Shown: positions 1 through 15,560 of the stretch, in pieces
How positions within the stretch are numbered: the stretch's first letter is position 1
Layout of the letters: each line of letters starts with the position of its first letter
Assembly: GCF_009914755.1 (NCBI RefSeq)
Contig: NC_060938.1
Reading direction: 5' to 3' (one strand)
Length of the DNA: 64,000 nt
Origin: the human T2T-CHM13v2.0 reference genome, Homo sapiens
Translations under genes and position numbers: made by a program
Notes under the pieces: model-generated
The model's database searches: none
What the model saw: only the letters and a program-made list of their open reading frames with translations
Told to the model about the DNA's origin: nothing

Positions 1-350
1 CCATGCAATTGTTCATGCTTTTCCTCTTGCCCACAATGCCCTTCCTCTTTCTGTGCCCTAGAAATCCTGCCATTCTTCAGTGCTTATCTCAACTGGTCTC
101 CTCCTTTGGGAGGTTGTCCCATTCTGTGACCTGATACCGTACTTGCTCCAGACCCTACTCCCTGCAGCAGAAAGAATTTCTTCCTTCTCTCTACTTCCAA
201 GGCACACTACATATACTTTTATTCTAACACTTATCACAGGGTATGGTTTTTCTTGAGTATCCATTTCATCTACCAGACAATAGTTCCTTGAAAGTTCTCT
301 TAGTTCAGAAAATGAAATCTGGCCTGTGCTAGGCACAACTGCTGTAAACA
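1..350 (+). mobile_element. L2 3' fragment
   Basis: Typical L2 3' sequence (aatgcccttcctc...tgctaggcaca...aaatg). Confidence 0.5.
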
Positions 351-1723
351 AATGACCTGGTCCTTCAAGGAAAGGGAAGACCCTTTCCTTGCCCTCCGAT
401 GGTGGTCAGCCTGGGATAAATGGGAGCACCACTGGCCTCTCCTTACCCTTTCCCCTGCATTTCCTTTTTCCTGCCCATCTCTCTTAACACTTTCCAAACG
501 TCCTTCCCCAACTCATCACTTAATTTTATCCCACTCCAGTGATTATGATTTTAGGTAAAGCAGAGTAACTCTTTTACACTCTAAAACCTTGGCTTTTCTG
601 AGTCAGCATAAAGTCAGCAGATCACCAAATGTCAGCCTGGACTAGGGGCTGCCCTCATACTGCTCACCTAGGAGCTCCTTGAGGGCAGCATCCTCATGTT
701 AATTATATTTATATCCCTCAGAGTCTAGCAAAAGGCTCTGAGCATGACATCACTTACAAAACTCCTAAATTCATTATGAAAGTAAGTCCGTAAAGACAAA
801 AGCTGGAGATATCCAATTCAAAGTATTTACAGTAGATGGAGCTATCTATTTCACTGTGGTCCACTCTGTATTTCATGTATCATGTGAAATTATTAACATT
901 CTGGCAATTAATCAGTTCATACTTTTTGAAGAAGCATATTAAAAACCATGAGACTTGCCCTGTTTATTCTTGTAAGCTATAAGTTGCTAGAAAATATTAG
1001 TTTCCCTAAATATTGTATTGTTATTAAAAGCAATTGATATAAGTAATTGAAGACATTAGAAGCCAGAGATACAATGAAATCTTCAAGACTTCAATAGATG
1101 AAATGTGCAAAGGACATTTACATTTCCTGTAAGGGCAGCCAACTTATACATGGAGAGTTCAACCCTCCCACTTGTCATCTTTAAAAAGGCAAGAAAATTA
1201 TTATTTTACAAATATATTTCTAAGATATGTTTTCTAAGTTGACCAAAAGTGTAAGTGCCCAAATCTGATAAAGTTCTGTTGAAACTGTTACATTCGTAGT
1301 AATGATAATTGCTAGTCTTTTGGAAATCAACTTGGTAGGAAAAATAAAAATAATCCTTCTTTTGAACTGCTGTGCTTTTGTTAAGAAATAATCTAAAAGG
1401 AAAAAGTCAAATTCATGAGGTCATTTGTTACAGCATTTTTTATCGTAAAATATTCAAACAACCGAAATAATAAAATATTAAGTGACTAAGTAAAATATGA
1501 TATTAGAATTATTTGTCATCCTGTAGCCATTAGAATATGTATGCAATCAATTTAGAGGTAGGGAAAAATGCTCATGAGTGAGGGGGGGCTGGACCAAACT
1601 CAGAATATAATCTTGTATGTATTCTCTGTTAGGCTTTCTAAAAATTATACATAGATAAAACAAGGATTGAATTAAATGGAAAAATTAAAATTGTATATAT
1701 ATGTTAAGTGATTACTAGTGAAA

Positions 1724-3416
1724 TTTTTTTTTATTATACTTTAAGTTTTAGGGTACATGTGCACAACGTGCGGGTTTGTTACATGTGTATACATGTGCCA
1801 TGTTGGTGTGATGCACCCATTAACTCGTCATTTACATTAGGTATTTCTCCTAATGCTATCCCTCCCCACTCCCCCAACCCCACAACAGGCCCCAGTGTGT
1901 GATGTTCCCCACCCTGTGTCCAAGTGTTCTCATTGTTCAATTCCCACCTATGAGTGAAAACATGTGGTGTTTGGTTTTCTGTCCTTGCGATAGTTTGCTG
2001 AGAATGATGATTTCTAGTTTCATCCATGTCCCTACAAAGGACATGAACGCATCCTTTTTTATGGCTGCATAGTATTCCATGGTGTATATGTGCCACATTT
2101 TCTTAATCCAGTCTATCATTGATGGACATTTGGGTTGGTTCCAAGTCTTTGCTATTGTGAATAGTGCTGCAATAAACATACGTGTGCATGTGTCTTTATA
2201 GCTGTATGATTTATAATCCTTTGGGTATATACCCAGTAATGGGATGGCTGGGTCAAATGGTATTTCTAGTTCCAGATCCTTGAGGAATCGCCACACTGTC
2301 TTCCACAATGGTTGAACTAGTTTACAGTCCCACCAACAGTGTAAAAGTGTTCCTATTTCTCCACATCCTCTCCAGCACCTGTTGTTTCCTGACTTTTTAG
2401 TGATTGCCATTCTAAATGGTGTGATATGGTATCACATTGTGGTTTGATTTGCATATCTCTGATGGCCAGTGATGATGAGCATTTTTTCATGTGTCTGTTG
2501 GCTGCATAAATGTCTTCTTTTGAGAAGTTGTCTGTTCATATCCTTTGCCCACTTTTTGATGGGGTTGTTTGTTTTTTTCTTGTAAATTTGTTTGAGTTCT
2601 TTGTAGATTCTGGATATTAGCCCTTTGTCAGATGAGTAGATTGCAAAAATTTTCTCCCATTCTGTAGGTTGCCTATTCACTCTGATGGTAGTTTCTCTTG
2701 CTGTGCAGAAGCTCTTTAGTTTAATTAGATCCCATTTGTCAATTTTGGCTTTTGTTGCCATTGCTTTTGGTGTTTTAGACATGAAGTCCTTGCCCATGCC
2801 TATGTCCTGAAAGGTATTGCCTAGGTTTTCTTCTAGTAGGGTTTTTATGGTTGTAGGTCTAAGATTTAAGTCTTTAATCCATCTTGAATTGATTTTTGTA
2901 TAAGGTGTAAGGAAGGGATCCAGTTTCAGCTTTCTACATATGGCTAGCCAGTTTTCCCAGCACCATTTATTAAATAGGGAATCCTTTCCCCATTTCTTGT
3001 TTTTGTCAGGTTTGTCAAAGATCATATGGTTGTAGATGTGTGCTATTATTTCTGAGGGCTCTGTTCTGTTCCATTGGTCTATATCTCTGTTTTGGTACCA
3101 GTACAATGCTGTTTTGGTTACTGCAGCCTTGTAGTATAGTTTGAAGTCAGGTAGCATGATGCCTCCAGCTTTGTTCTTTTGGCTCAGGATTGTCTTGGCA
3201 ATGCGGGCTCTTTTTTGGTTCCATATGAACTTTAAAGGAGTTTTTTCCAATTCTGTGAAGAAAGTCATTGGTAGCTTAATGGGGATGGCATTGAATCTAT
3301 AAATTACCTTGGGCAGTATGGCCATTTTCATGATATTGATTCTGCCTATCCATGGGCATGGAATGTTCTTCCATTTGTTTGTGTCCTCTTTTATTTTCCT
3401 GAGCAGTGGTTTGTAG
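1724..3416 (-). mobile_element. 5'-truncated primate L1 (L1PA4/5-like); ORF2p C-terminal remnant with frameshift
   Basis: ORFs 2432..3331 and 1937..2410 translate to L1 ORF2p ([26 protein letters not shown]); poly(A) tail appears as the T run from 1724. Confidence 0.97.
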
Positions 3417-3569
3417 AAAGAAAGGATGATGCTGCTGCAATTCCATGAACATTAGTGCTTGCTTTATTTATTGGGTATTTTTACAGACGGTAGCTCATTT
3501 CAGTTCTCGCAGGGGGACTATTTCTTTTAAGCTTTAATCTCTAGAGGTTTAATTTGGTTACTTAAATTT

Positions 3570-4830
<1,261 letters not shown>

Positions 4831-5327
4831 TTCTTTTTCCTATGGGGACTGTTATGATTTGCATTCACAGTTGAGGGAACTGAGGGCTGGGAATGTTGAG
4901 ACTTTTCAGAGGTCCTAAAAGAATGGACCCCTGAGTCAATGGCACACGAAGCTCCCTGTCCAGCTTTCTTCCACATGGCAGGACGTAGGCCTCAGACTGG
5001 AACCCTGGCAGTCATTTTTGCCCTGTGGGTCTCTCTGAGCCCTGCCCACCAGAAGCAGCTGCAGATCCCATGGCCCAGGTCACATTCTCTTGGGGGCCAC
5101 TTCTGGGGACACACAAGGAAGACTGATGTGCCAGAAACATTCCAGTGGCCCCGGGTTCCTATTCCAACTCTGCCTGCACTATCTTCATTCAATCATTCCT
5201 TCCAGCCTCAACCTTCTCATGGGAAGGACGCAACCACCCACCACAAAACTCACTGTGAGAGTCTTGTGATAGTATAGTATGTTCATAGCCTAGCGCCTGG
5301 GAGAGTGCTCAAGAATGGGTAGCTGTG

Positions 5328-5500
5328 AGCCTGGCAGGTAGTGCACACCTGTAGTCCCAGCTACTCAGGAGGCTGAGGCAGGAGGCTCCCTTGAGCTAAG
5401 GAGTTCAAAGCTGCAGTGAGCTATGATCGTGCCATTACACTCCAGCGTGAGCAACAGGGTGAGACACTGTCTCAAAAAAAAAAAAAAAAAAAAAAAAGAA
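5328..5500 (+). mobile_element. Alu right monomer (FRAM/AluJ)
   Basis: Right-arm sequence and long A tail; flanked by aagaatgggtagctg / aagaaatggtagttg TSD-like copies. Confidence 0.9.
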
Positions 5501-5719
5501 AGAAATGGTAGTTGCTCTGGGTGAACTCCTTCAGAGGATGGATTTGATTTCATTACCATCTCTAAGCCCCAGACACCCTGCAGGCCTTCCATACAGGTAT
5601 GTATAAGGAACAAGCTGCCCACATCACCCGACAACCAGGACTTAGACAAATGTCACCAAGGCTGCTAGATGCCTGCTGCCAACCAACAGCCCTTCTAACT
5701 TGTAATTCATTTAGCACAG

Positions 5720-6150
5720 GTTGGAGCTGAAGGAGTGCCCAGGCTGCGGATGGAGGAAGGACGTGCTCGGGAGAAGGTGAAGATGGGAGAGAAGCAAGAT
5801 CTTCTGTGTTTGGACCAAGGACACATTTCCTTACTCCATAGCAGCTGTGGTCAGTGGCTTAGCTCGGACAAGGAGATGAGAGCCCATGTGTTGTGAGGGT
5901 TCTTCTGGGAACTCTGAGAAGGCAGGAGCCGCCCCCGCCCTTCACTGCCTCTCTTCCATTCTGCAGCATGGAATATGGATGTGTGGTCTGGATGTACAGA
6001 CACCATTTTGGACCATAAAGACAAGGACGATTGTCTAAGAATGACACAGCCAGAGCACTGAGAGTGGCGAGAAGGACAGGGGAGCTGCTGTGCCAAGCAG
6101 GACTGTCTCTCTTAAGAGAAAAATAAAATTTATTGGTGTTTAAACCATTG
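5720..6150 (+). ncRNA. DICER1-AS1: Probable terminal exon of a convergent lncRNA (likely DICER1-AS1)
   Basis: ttcatttagcacag| acceptor at 5719 and AATAAA at 6122-6127; recalled locus context (CLMN 3' end is tail-to-tail with DICER1-AS1 on 14q32); not provable from sequence alone. Confidence 0.5.
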
Positions 6151-6190
6151 CTTTTTTGGGCTGTCACGTCACTGGAATTAATCTGAAACG
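5850..6190 (+). mobile_element. Old MaLR LTR remnant (MLT1-like)
   Basis: MLT1-type 3' end aaataaa...tgtttaaaccattg...ttgggct and internal ccattttggacc motif. Confidence 0.45.
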
Positions 6191-6799
6191 CTGCAGCAAT
6201 TAATGGAAAAAATAGAACCCCATCTTCACGCTTTGAGCTTTTTATGGCATAACCACTCTGTCCAAAGTAATATACCACCAAGTTGAAACATGATTATGCT
6301 CAGCTGTTTACAGGCTTTGGAAATTTCAGTACAGGGTTTATCTTCCTGTCATACAGCCTGCCATTCCCCTTTTAATGTGGCCAGATCGTTTGATGTGTTT
6401 TCTCTTTGTCTCCATTCAAGCAGGGAGAAGGCTCTGTGCATCCAGGAAGGTTTGTGAAGGGCCTCCTGGTATCTGTATTCAAAAGATTTAAAATTCAAAT
6501 ACAGCAGGGAGAGTGGTCGGAAGACCCACTTCGGGGTGGCGTGTCAGAATGGGATTGGTGGGGGAGAGATCAGTCTGGGGGCTCCGCAGATGCCATGGGA
6601 ATGGCCTCATGGTACACTGGGGACCTGAGATTCCAAAACTGGTCAGAGATGCCCAAGCCCAGTCAATCACGGCACAGCAGCAGAGCAGCTAAGGGGCCAT
6701 GGGGGCTGCGCCCTACCAGTGCAGACAGAGGCACAGTCACCTCAGGGCACTTCAGTGCCACAGCCCGAGTACCCTTGGACAGGGAGAGGAAAAGGAGAT

Positions 6800-7705
6800 G
6801 AGCAACGGGCGTCTCAAACTTAACATGCTCAGATTCAGGAACTCCGGGTCTTCCCCACCATCTGCTTCAGCCCCATTTCCCCATCAGCCAATGGCATCTT
6901 TATTCTTCCAGATCCTCAGGCCAAAACCTTGGAGCATTTTTCAATCCTTTTTCTCTTACACTGTACACCCAATCCATTTGCAAATCCAGAGGGTCTACTT
7001 TCAAAATACATCCAGAATAAAACCACTGTGGCCCACTTCCGCTGCACCCACCTGTGCCATTGTCATCTCTCCCGGACTGTTGAAATAGACTTCTGGCTGG
7101 CCTCTGCATTCTGCCCTCGTTCCCTGGAGTTTATTCTCATTATGGCAGCTGGGTTTAGCCTGCTAAAATGTAAGCTGACGTGTGCTCAAAATTCTCCAGT
7201 GGATCCCAGTTCACTCTGGGTAAAGGCCAAAGCCCTTAACACATCCTACAAGGCCCTACCTGGCCTCTCTCCTCTCACTCACCATGCATTCACCAAACCA
7301 GGCTCTTTGCTGTTCCGTAAAAACCCCAGCCATGATCCTGCCTCAGTGCCTTTGCACTGGCTGCTCCCTTTGCTTAGAAAACTCTTTCCCCAGGCATTCA
7401 AAGGATCTGTCCCTGCGGCTCTTTTAGGTCTTTAGTCAAATGTCTCTTGCTCAAAGAGGTCTTTCCTGGCTGCTGTATGAACCTGGTGGCACCTCGCTGT
7501 CCACCCCCAATCTACCTTCCTTCCCTGCGTTTTCTTATAGCACTGACGACATACTGTGCATCTTACCATTATTTTGTTTCTGTCTGCCTCTTCTCACTAG
7601 ACGGTCAGCTCTGGGAGGATAAAAACCTTGTTTTGGTTTCCTATTATATTCGCAGCAACCAGAACAGTGCTGATGCCAAGTAGGTGTGTAATAAATATTT
7701 GTTGC
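6800..7705 (+). mobile_element. L2 (L2a-like) 3' portion
   Basis: ctcaaacttaacatg...caggccaaaaccttggag...aataaatatttgttg L2 hallmarks. Confidence 0.8.
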
Positions 7706-8168
7706 ACCACCTTTTATTTGCTCTCCCTCTGTCCCCATCTTACTCCTGCTGCCCTTGGTTGCATCCCCTCTGCCCTCAAATGATGCAATCATCACGTCAG
7801 CTTTGGCTCAGGCTCTGTCTTCTGAGGACCCCTGGCAACTACAGTAACTTCCTGGAGGTCACACAGCTAGTAAAAGACAGATCTAGGATTCAGACCTAGG
7901 CAGTCCCACTCCAGAGCTGCATAGCTACTACTACTATTATTACTACTACTTGGAGCATTACAAAGGCTCTAGGCAAGTTAATGCAGTTTAAAAAAGGGCA
8001 TATTCTCTACAATCTCTACCACTCTAAAGCCAATTGGCTTCGCTTCGGCCCTGGCAAAAGTATTATTTGTTGGGACTATTTGTTGGAAAGATAGTGTAAT
8101 TTCTGGTTGTCAAAACCACAAACACACATGAAAATAAGTATCATCAACGAAATCGTCAGTTCAAGAAA

Positions 8169-8176
8169 TTTATATT
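8169..8176 (-). terminator. Distal variant poly(A) signal (overlapping AATATA/TATAAA)
   Basis: Two UGUA motifs upstream (about 8195-8210) and GU-rich ttttcatgtgtgtttgtggtttt downstream. Confidence 0.5.
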
Positions 8177-11042
8177 CAAAAATTTTCTTAAGAATACACA
8201 TGATTTTACAAGATCATTCATCATAGCACCAAGCCTAATATTCCTTAATAGAAAACAGTCAAATAACAAATACTCCAGTTAATTCCCACAGGTATAAATT
8301 ATTCAAATAGCCATTTATATCTTAATTTACAGTAATCAATAAATAAGACGGCACATTCATATATTGTTTATAAAGATCTTTTTTTTTACAAAGCTACAGC
8401 TATGTATATCCTAAATAGACAAAAATAATCCTTGTACTACAAAATAACATTTCATTTTCCTCAATAGTTTTCTTAGAGCTCTCAGTAAAAACTTTCAGAC
8501 ATAGTCAATTAAGCCCTGCACAATAAGGAAACATTCAATCTGCTCAATAGACCAGACTCCCCCAAAATAAAACAATGATCACCACCCACTACAATATGGT
8601 CTGAACAATCTCCTGTCTCCAAGTTTAGTTAAGTCTGTCCTGAGGATGTACAGTAGGGAACGACCATTTTTCCGTGTTCACAATTTGTCTTTGGCGGATA
8701 GTATCAGCACCACTGTGAGTGACATAGGCAGCATCTTATGGTGCAATTTCAAGGGCAGAGGGCAGGTGTCCCCTGCACCACATTCCCTCCCCACAGCTAC
8801 CGCCCCTACCCCAGGGACATTCTACACAAACACACCAGCATTTGGCTTAAGGGATCCTTGTTGGAATGCAAACGGCTCCGATTCTGAGTAGAATTTCAGA
8901 AGCCTTTTTGAGTCGTTACTCGGGGAAGGGGAAAAGATGAGGGATGGGAAGATCTAGTCCTGTACAGCTATTTATTCCTGCAGTTGAACTTTTGAATTTA
9001 AAAGAAATTCCCTTAGGAAACTGCCTCAGATGCTGACGTAATTTAAGGAGACCAATTTCCTTCTAACAGCCCTAGGAAGCAGATTTCCCAGGTTCTACTT
9101 CAAACATTCATCTGAAACCTTTAAGATTCAGACTACCTTCTGTCTGACCAAACTCTTCCCAAAGGCACCTTTCTCAGATACTAAAGCCAAGAAGCACTGC
9201 CCTAAGCTTTGGGCTGATATACAGAGGTACACTTGCTTTAAGCAAATAGGCCACTTATTGAGATAAATAAAAACTACCTTCGTAACCTTTGGATTTTTAA
9301 ACTTAGAAAGGACTTTTAAAAGAAGTCTTCCCACTTCCAACCCAGAGAGGTAAATTCAAGGCATCTGCAGGTGAGCCACAGCTAGGACGTGGGTTCTCCA
9401 TACCCATACCAGTGTTGGCCTGCTTTGGACAATGTCAACTCTCCAGACAACAGGCACTCCCAGAGTTTCCTTTAAAAAAGTGTCTAAATCCTTGCATGAC
9501 ATTTAGCAATACTGGCATTCTGGCACAGCATGGGCTTGTAGAGAATACACACCTATTGATTTTTGCTGGGGCTAAAGGAAGTGGTAGCTATTGCAAACAG
9601 AATACAAGTATCAAATGATATTTTGCTATTTTGTTTTTTGTAACAATGCAAAAATCACTACTTTTAAGCTTAAAATACAGGAAAAATAATAATCCCTGCC
9701 TCAGAGACCAACCAGTTATGAATTCATCCAAGTAATTCGTGGTCTCTACTTCTCCATTTTAATTACACTGCCCTCAGGCCTTCTCTACTTTTCTTTTTGA
9801 AGGAGAAAGCCCAATTTCCTACTCTGTGAAGTACGTGTTAGAGGTGCAGAGATGAGCAGCTGGGGGCAGGATGTATAGTTAATTGGAGGCCCTGAAGAAC
9901 TGTCTTTGATGTTGGACACTGAGATTTTACTGCAAAAGACCCTTTCAAGGCGGCCATTTTGGTTGCAAATTTGCAACTGCAGTGAAGTTTAGAGTGTTTG
10001 AAAATAACAGTCCTATGTTCCCAGTTCTGCTACTTACTAGTTCACGCTATGACCTTATTTTTCTGTCCTGTGCTTTAGCTTCCTTTCCGAAATAAACACC
10101 TCCCACGATTGTTCTAAGGGTCAAGTGAGTTAATGAGTAAACAATGGCTTAAACTTCCTCTTGCAAAAAGGCCTGAGTTAGATTTGAGACAGGGTAGCTC
10201 AGAAAAAAGTAATGGATTGGAGAGAGGTTGGAAGAAGCTATGGTACACTAAGGGTTAGGGAAAGAGGTATAGTCAACGCTTGCTTCAAGAGGAAGGAAAT
10301 AGAGAAAAGGGGGCTGCTGGGCATCCTACAACTTCATAAACTTTCAAGAAAAGTATTTTTCATCCAACAAATATGTGCTGAATGCCTATAATGCACAGAA
10401 GCTCAGAAGTTAGTTTGCCAAGATCACCCAGAGATCTGGTGACAGAGCTGGGACTCCAATCTAAATCTGGCTGACTCCCAAACCTGACTTCTTTCTCTAG
10501 CCCACAATACCTCCCAGAGAAGAAGGCAGTGATTAAAATGAAAACAAAAAAAAGGGTTCCTTTAAAGAGAACACTGCTAGATGAAGCTATTCTTGACATC
10601 TGAGTGTCAGGGATTTAAACAAATTAGCAGTGCGATTGAGGCCGTGGATTGTTGAGGCATGTGTATATTTAAAAACAACTTGGTCAAACAGTACAAAATA
10701 CTGGTTGTCTTTTTCCCATAGACAAGAATGTTTTTTGGCATGTTGCTCCAGCCCTGGCTGGGAGGAACTGCTTGCTTGATGTGTTCTCATCAAGGTTCTC
10801 AGAACAAGTTCTAAACACAAAGAAGCCAGTATTCCCAGCATTGTGGGGTCTGGCAACTGCAGAACACTCAGCTCAGAAACTCTGATAACTTTTGTGGGCT
10901 CTTGGGGAACCAGCAGCTCTGAGTCTCCAGGCTTTTGACCCACACCTGACCAAGCTCACCCCATGCCCTGTCTCACACACAATGGTAGAGAAGTGACAAG
11001 ACCTGAAGGTCCTGTAGGACTCTTAAGAAAAATCAGAGTGAA

Positions 11043-11333
<291 letters not shown>

Positions 11334-12784
11334 TCAGAGTGAAGAGGGCAGGTGCTCACGTGGAGCCCAAAGATACAGGTGTCTGCACACGATGGAAATG
11401 GAACCTGTGCAAAGTCCATGCAAAGTCTGTGCACCGGGCTCACTTCCATGAGCTGCTGACTGCTGTTTTCCAAGGAAATGCCTGATGAGAGCAAGGCGCA
11501 AGATCTGTGGAGCTCAAGGGGATGCTTGTGTCTCATGTTTGGTTCTCCCACGCTGGCTGTTAGGGGAAAAGAGCCATAGCAATTTTCAGCACAGAAGCAC
11601 AATAATGCCCACTCCAGCTCCCAGCCTTCCACCACCCAACCCAGGTCCTGGACCTTGTCATTAGGGCAGCCCCCTCATCAGTTGGATGGGACAGAACAAC
11701 CTGCTATGTGGTGATGGTTCCAGATGGCAGCTGCTGGCCCAAGACGTTAAATCTTCCCCAAATGCTGTGTCAGCAGTGATTATGCAATGTCGGGGAAGGA
11801 GAAATAACACAGCTGGGCCTCACAGGGCTTTGTGCAGTCTCATTTCCTGGCTGAGAAGGTCCCGAGATACCAGGCTGACTGGAAGCTCCCACACAGCCCA
11901 TTTCTGGGACCTGAGGGCGCAAGGCTCCACAGAGGAATACCGGCGGGGAATGCAGTGGAGACCCCCAGGAAGGTGTCTCCAAGCAGAAGGGAGAGAGAGG
12001 CCGTGTCTCAAAACTCCAGAGGCTTCTGAAGTCCTTCTGGAGAGTTAAGAAAATCGGAGCTCATGTGAAAGCATTCTTGTCATACAACTGCCTTCCAATG
12101 GCATGACCACGGAAGGAGAACAGCTCCTCACCAAAGCAGCCATGATGGATTCTGACATTTTCGTAAGACACATCTGTACTTGCTAATTCTGACTTTTGTT
12201 GGAGAGATGAGCTCCATGGTGTTCTGAGTCCCTAGCGATGGTGGGTAGGGAGGTTAGCTTCAGCAGCTGAGGCTGTGGTTTTGTAGTAAACTTAACTGGG
12301 AATGAAGATGGCTATCTGGAGGTCATCAACTAGCAGGGCGACTAGTCGTTTCCTCTTTCTAATCTTCAGTTTTTCATCTCTTAAATGAGGCACTGAACGC
12401 TTACATAATTCCTGAGGTTTTCGAACAGTCTGTGACTTACAGAGATCAACAACACAGGCTGCCCCCAGTGCCTCTGCCTTCCCTCTGTTCCATCCTGATA
12501 AAGAGCAGGCATGCACTGCATGGGAAGAGGGTGGGGGGAACTATGCTGAACCTCAGAAATGGAGACGCCCATGTTCTGGGTGGCTGCCCGAGGGGCAGCA
12601 AGAGTGTCCTGCTTCTGAGCCTTGGTGGGAGAACATCTCCCCACAAAGGTCAGGTCTGACCAGGAAGCCCCGACCACCTGATCATCAACTATGGCAAGAT
12701 ACAAACTTCGACGAGGCAATGTTGGCCACGTTCAACAGAGAATCCGCGCTGTTTGTTTGCTGGCAAACACCTGTGTGGACTACT

Positions 12785-13079
<295 letters not shown>

Positions 13080-14399
13080 AGTTTTCTGTTTCTTAAGTGA
13101 AGCAAGGGTGGTAAAGAAAACCTAGAACCCAGACCACCACATAGACTATATCTTTGGGGAGGCAGGAGATCTAAGATCATTTACTGACAATAGGCAGCAA
13201 AACCAGGGGGAAGGAAGGAAGGTAATAACTAATCATGGCATTCAAGCAGAGCTTAGCCATGCTATGTATCCCTCTCCTGCACTTGGCACAGCATTACACA
13301 AAATCACTTAGCAGACCACAGCTCAACAGGATGGATGTTGCTGCAGTCCCAGCTGGACTCAGGGCACGTTCACAAACCAGTCAGAGCAGCAAGCCCCCTA
13401 AGCAACCTGTGAGATAACTCAAATGGGGTTTATGGATCAAGATGGTATACTGAACACATGAGCCTGTTTCTTCCCTCATGAAACCCCATGAAAATAGGAG
13501 CAGAGGAATGAAAGTTATATTAATACAACCATGAACACAGAATACAGAAGAGAACAGTAAGCAAGAGCTAGCAACCTATTTATGCAGGAATGGAACTGAT
13601 GGAAAAGTGAGCAGGGAGGGGGATCCTAAAACCACATGCCTGCAGAGGGGAGGCCACAGAGTGGTCAGCAGAGATGCCCTGTGGCCTCCAGGAGAGGCTT
13701 GGGGATTGGAATAGGAGGGATGGGGTGAGACATGGGGCTGAAGACCAGGGCATTTATTGGCTCTGAGGTCCCCTGTCCTTCCCATGCAGCCAGATGACCA
13801 CTGTGCTCCTACTCCATGGAGAAATCAGAGCAGCTCCAACTCAGGGACACCAGGCACAGCAAAGGTTGAAGCAACTTAATGAAAGTCTAAATACTCACGG
13901 GTGATGAGGCTGCCTGCTCAGCGGTCAGGACTCGGGCACACTGAGTATAGACCAGGGTCTCTGGATATGCTCCTACAGTTGTGCATTGCACAGAGGCACT
14001 TGGCTAAAGAGGGCAATTAGGAGTTAAAATCTAGCCTTTTCATTGTTCCTCGAGCATTGTCCAAGCTCAGAGCTGGGTATGTCTGGAGGAAGGGGCAAAA
14101 GGTGTCCTTTGCCAGTCAAGCCAAGTGCTCATGGGGACTTCTGCCCAGATGGGACACCATTTTTGAAACCACATGAGTACTCAGCATAGGCTAAAAGCCC
14201 TGTGTATGCCCGTTTCCCAGGAAGGAGAGTAGTGGGAATATCTCTCAAGAAACAGAATGAGCCCCAGAGAAAACACGTGCAAATACTGACAGGCAGTGTT
14301 CTCCAATGATGAGTCCAGGTGCCCACCTGGTGACCCTAGTGGAAAAGCTCACCAGTTGGCACACACAACTTCCAATCAGCTTTTGGATGCCTCACTCTT

Positions 14400-15560
14400 A
14401 AAACATGAACAGATCCATAGGATCACCATATATTTGAGAAAAATTCACAACGTGAAAGATAGAGACTGAGACCACCAAAATAAAGAGAACTCAGAGAAAA
14501 TGAGGGCAACACAGGGAGCAGAAAAGACTTCCCCTCAGACCACAATCATTAACGTCCACAGAGAGACAAAATCTGCATCCACGCATCAAGAGCAGGACAC
14601 TGTAAAACAAAGACAGGATAATAACCAAAGGTTTTATTAACTTGGAAAATAAAAATTCAATAAAACATTCAGATTGGGAAGATAAAAATGAATAATTCTT
14701 CCTGAAAGCAGATCAGAAACATAGACGAAAAATAGAAAAGATAAAAAATATTAGAGCATCAGCCTGGGTGTAGGGGAGGGTCCAACATTGAAATAATAGG
14801 TGGTCCAGAAAGAAAGAATGTAAATAATCACAAGAAAATTTAAGAAATTTCCCATGAAGGCCCAGCACAAGGTTTAACACCCGGGATACAACACCATCAT
14901 GACAGTTCAGAACACCAAGAATAAAGAGATCTTAAATGTTTCCAGGAAGGGTGGATAAAAAAACCTAAGTCACATATAAAGGTACGGGAATCAGAATGGC
15001 ATCAGAAATCTCAACCAGCACGCTTGGGAGGGGCTAGGGGAGGGTATTATTTTCCACCTGTCATTCTATGCTCAGCCACATTTCTGTTAAGGGCAGAATA
15101 CAGACATCTTAAGTCATGCAAAAATCTCAAAATATTTACAACCATATTTACTTCCCATGTTCTCTTCCTCAGGAAGTTATTAAAGAATGTGCCACACCAA
15201 AAAAAAAAAAAAAGTAAAGAGAGAGAATAGCAAATTAATGGGGACATTTGGAGGAGAAAGGACATGTAACCATAACACACTGCTGGGCTTGGGAGTCAAC
15301 AATCCTTAAGTGCTCCAGGTAATGTCAACACCTAATAGAAATGTACTAAATGATGTGATCTAGCTATACTGGAAAACCAAAGCACGGTATGGTAAGAGTG
15401 AAATCCTCCTCTACTGTGACAGCAAGCCAGTAGATGTTTCTAAATTAAAAAATAAAGTGTAAGCACGTTATGTAGAAATGCAAACATAAGAGAGTTGAAA
15501 GTGGTTACTTCTAAGCAGCGAGACTTAGGGGACTGCTAGTTCTTGTTAAAAGCCTTATTG
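14400..15560 (+). mobile_element. Ancient L1/HAL1-like ORF1 remnant
   Basis: A-rich decayed ORF1-type sequence (gaatcagaatggcatcaga, ctcaggaagttattaaagaatgtgc). Confidence 0.55.

Noticed and set aside
1937-3331. 157-aa and 299-aa ORFs as host genes or an active element
   Set aside because: Frameshifted C-terminal pieces of L1 ORF2p in a 5'-truncated copy.
4870-4984. Possible extra plus-strand lncRNA exon (cattcacag|...GAC|gtaggc)
   Set aside because: Splice-like motifs only; cannot be supported without transcript data.
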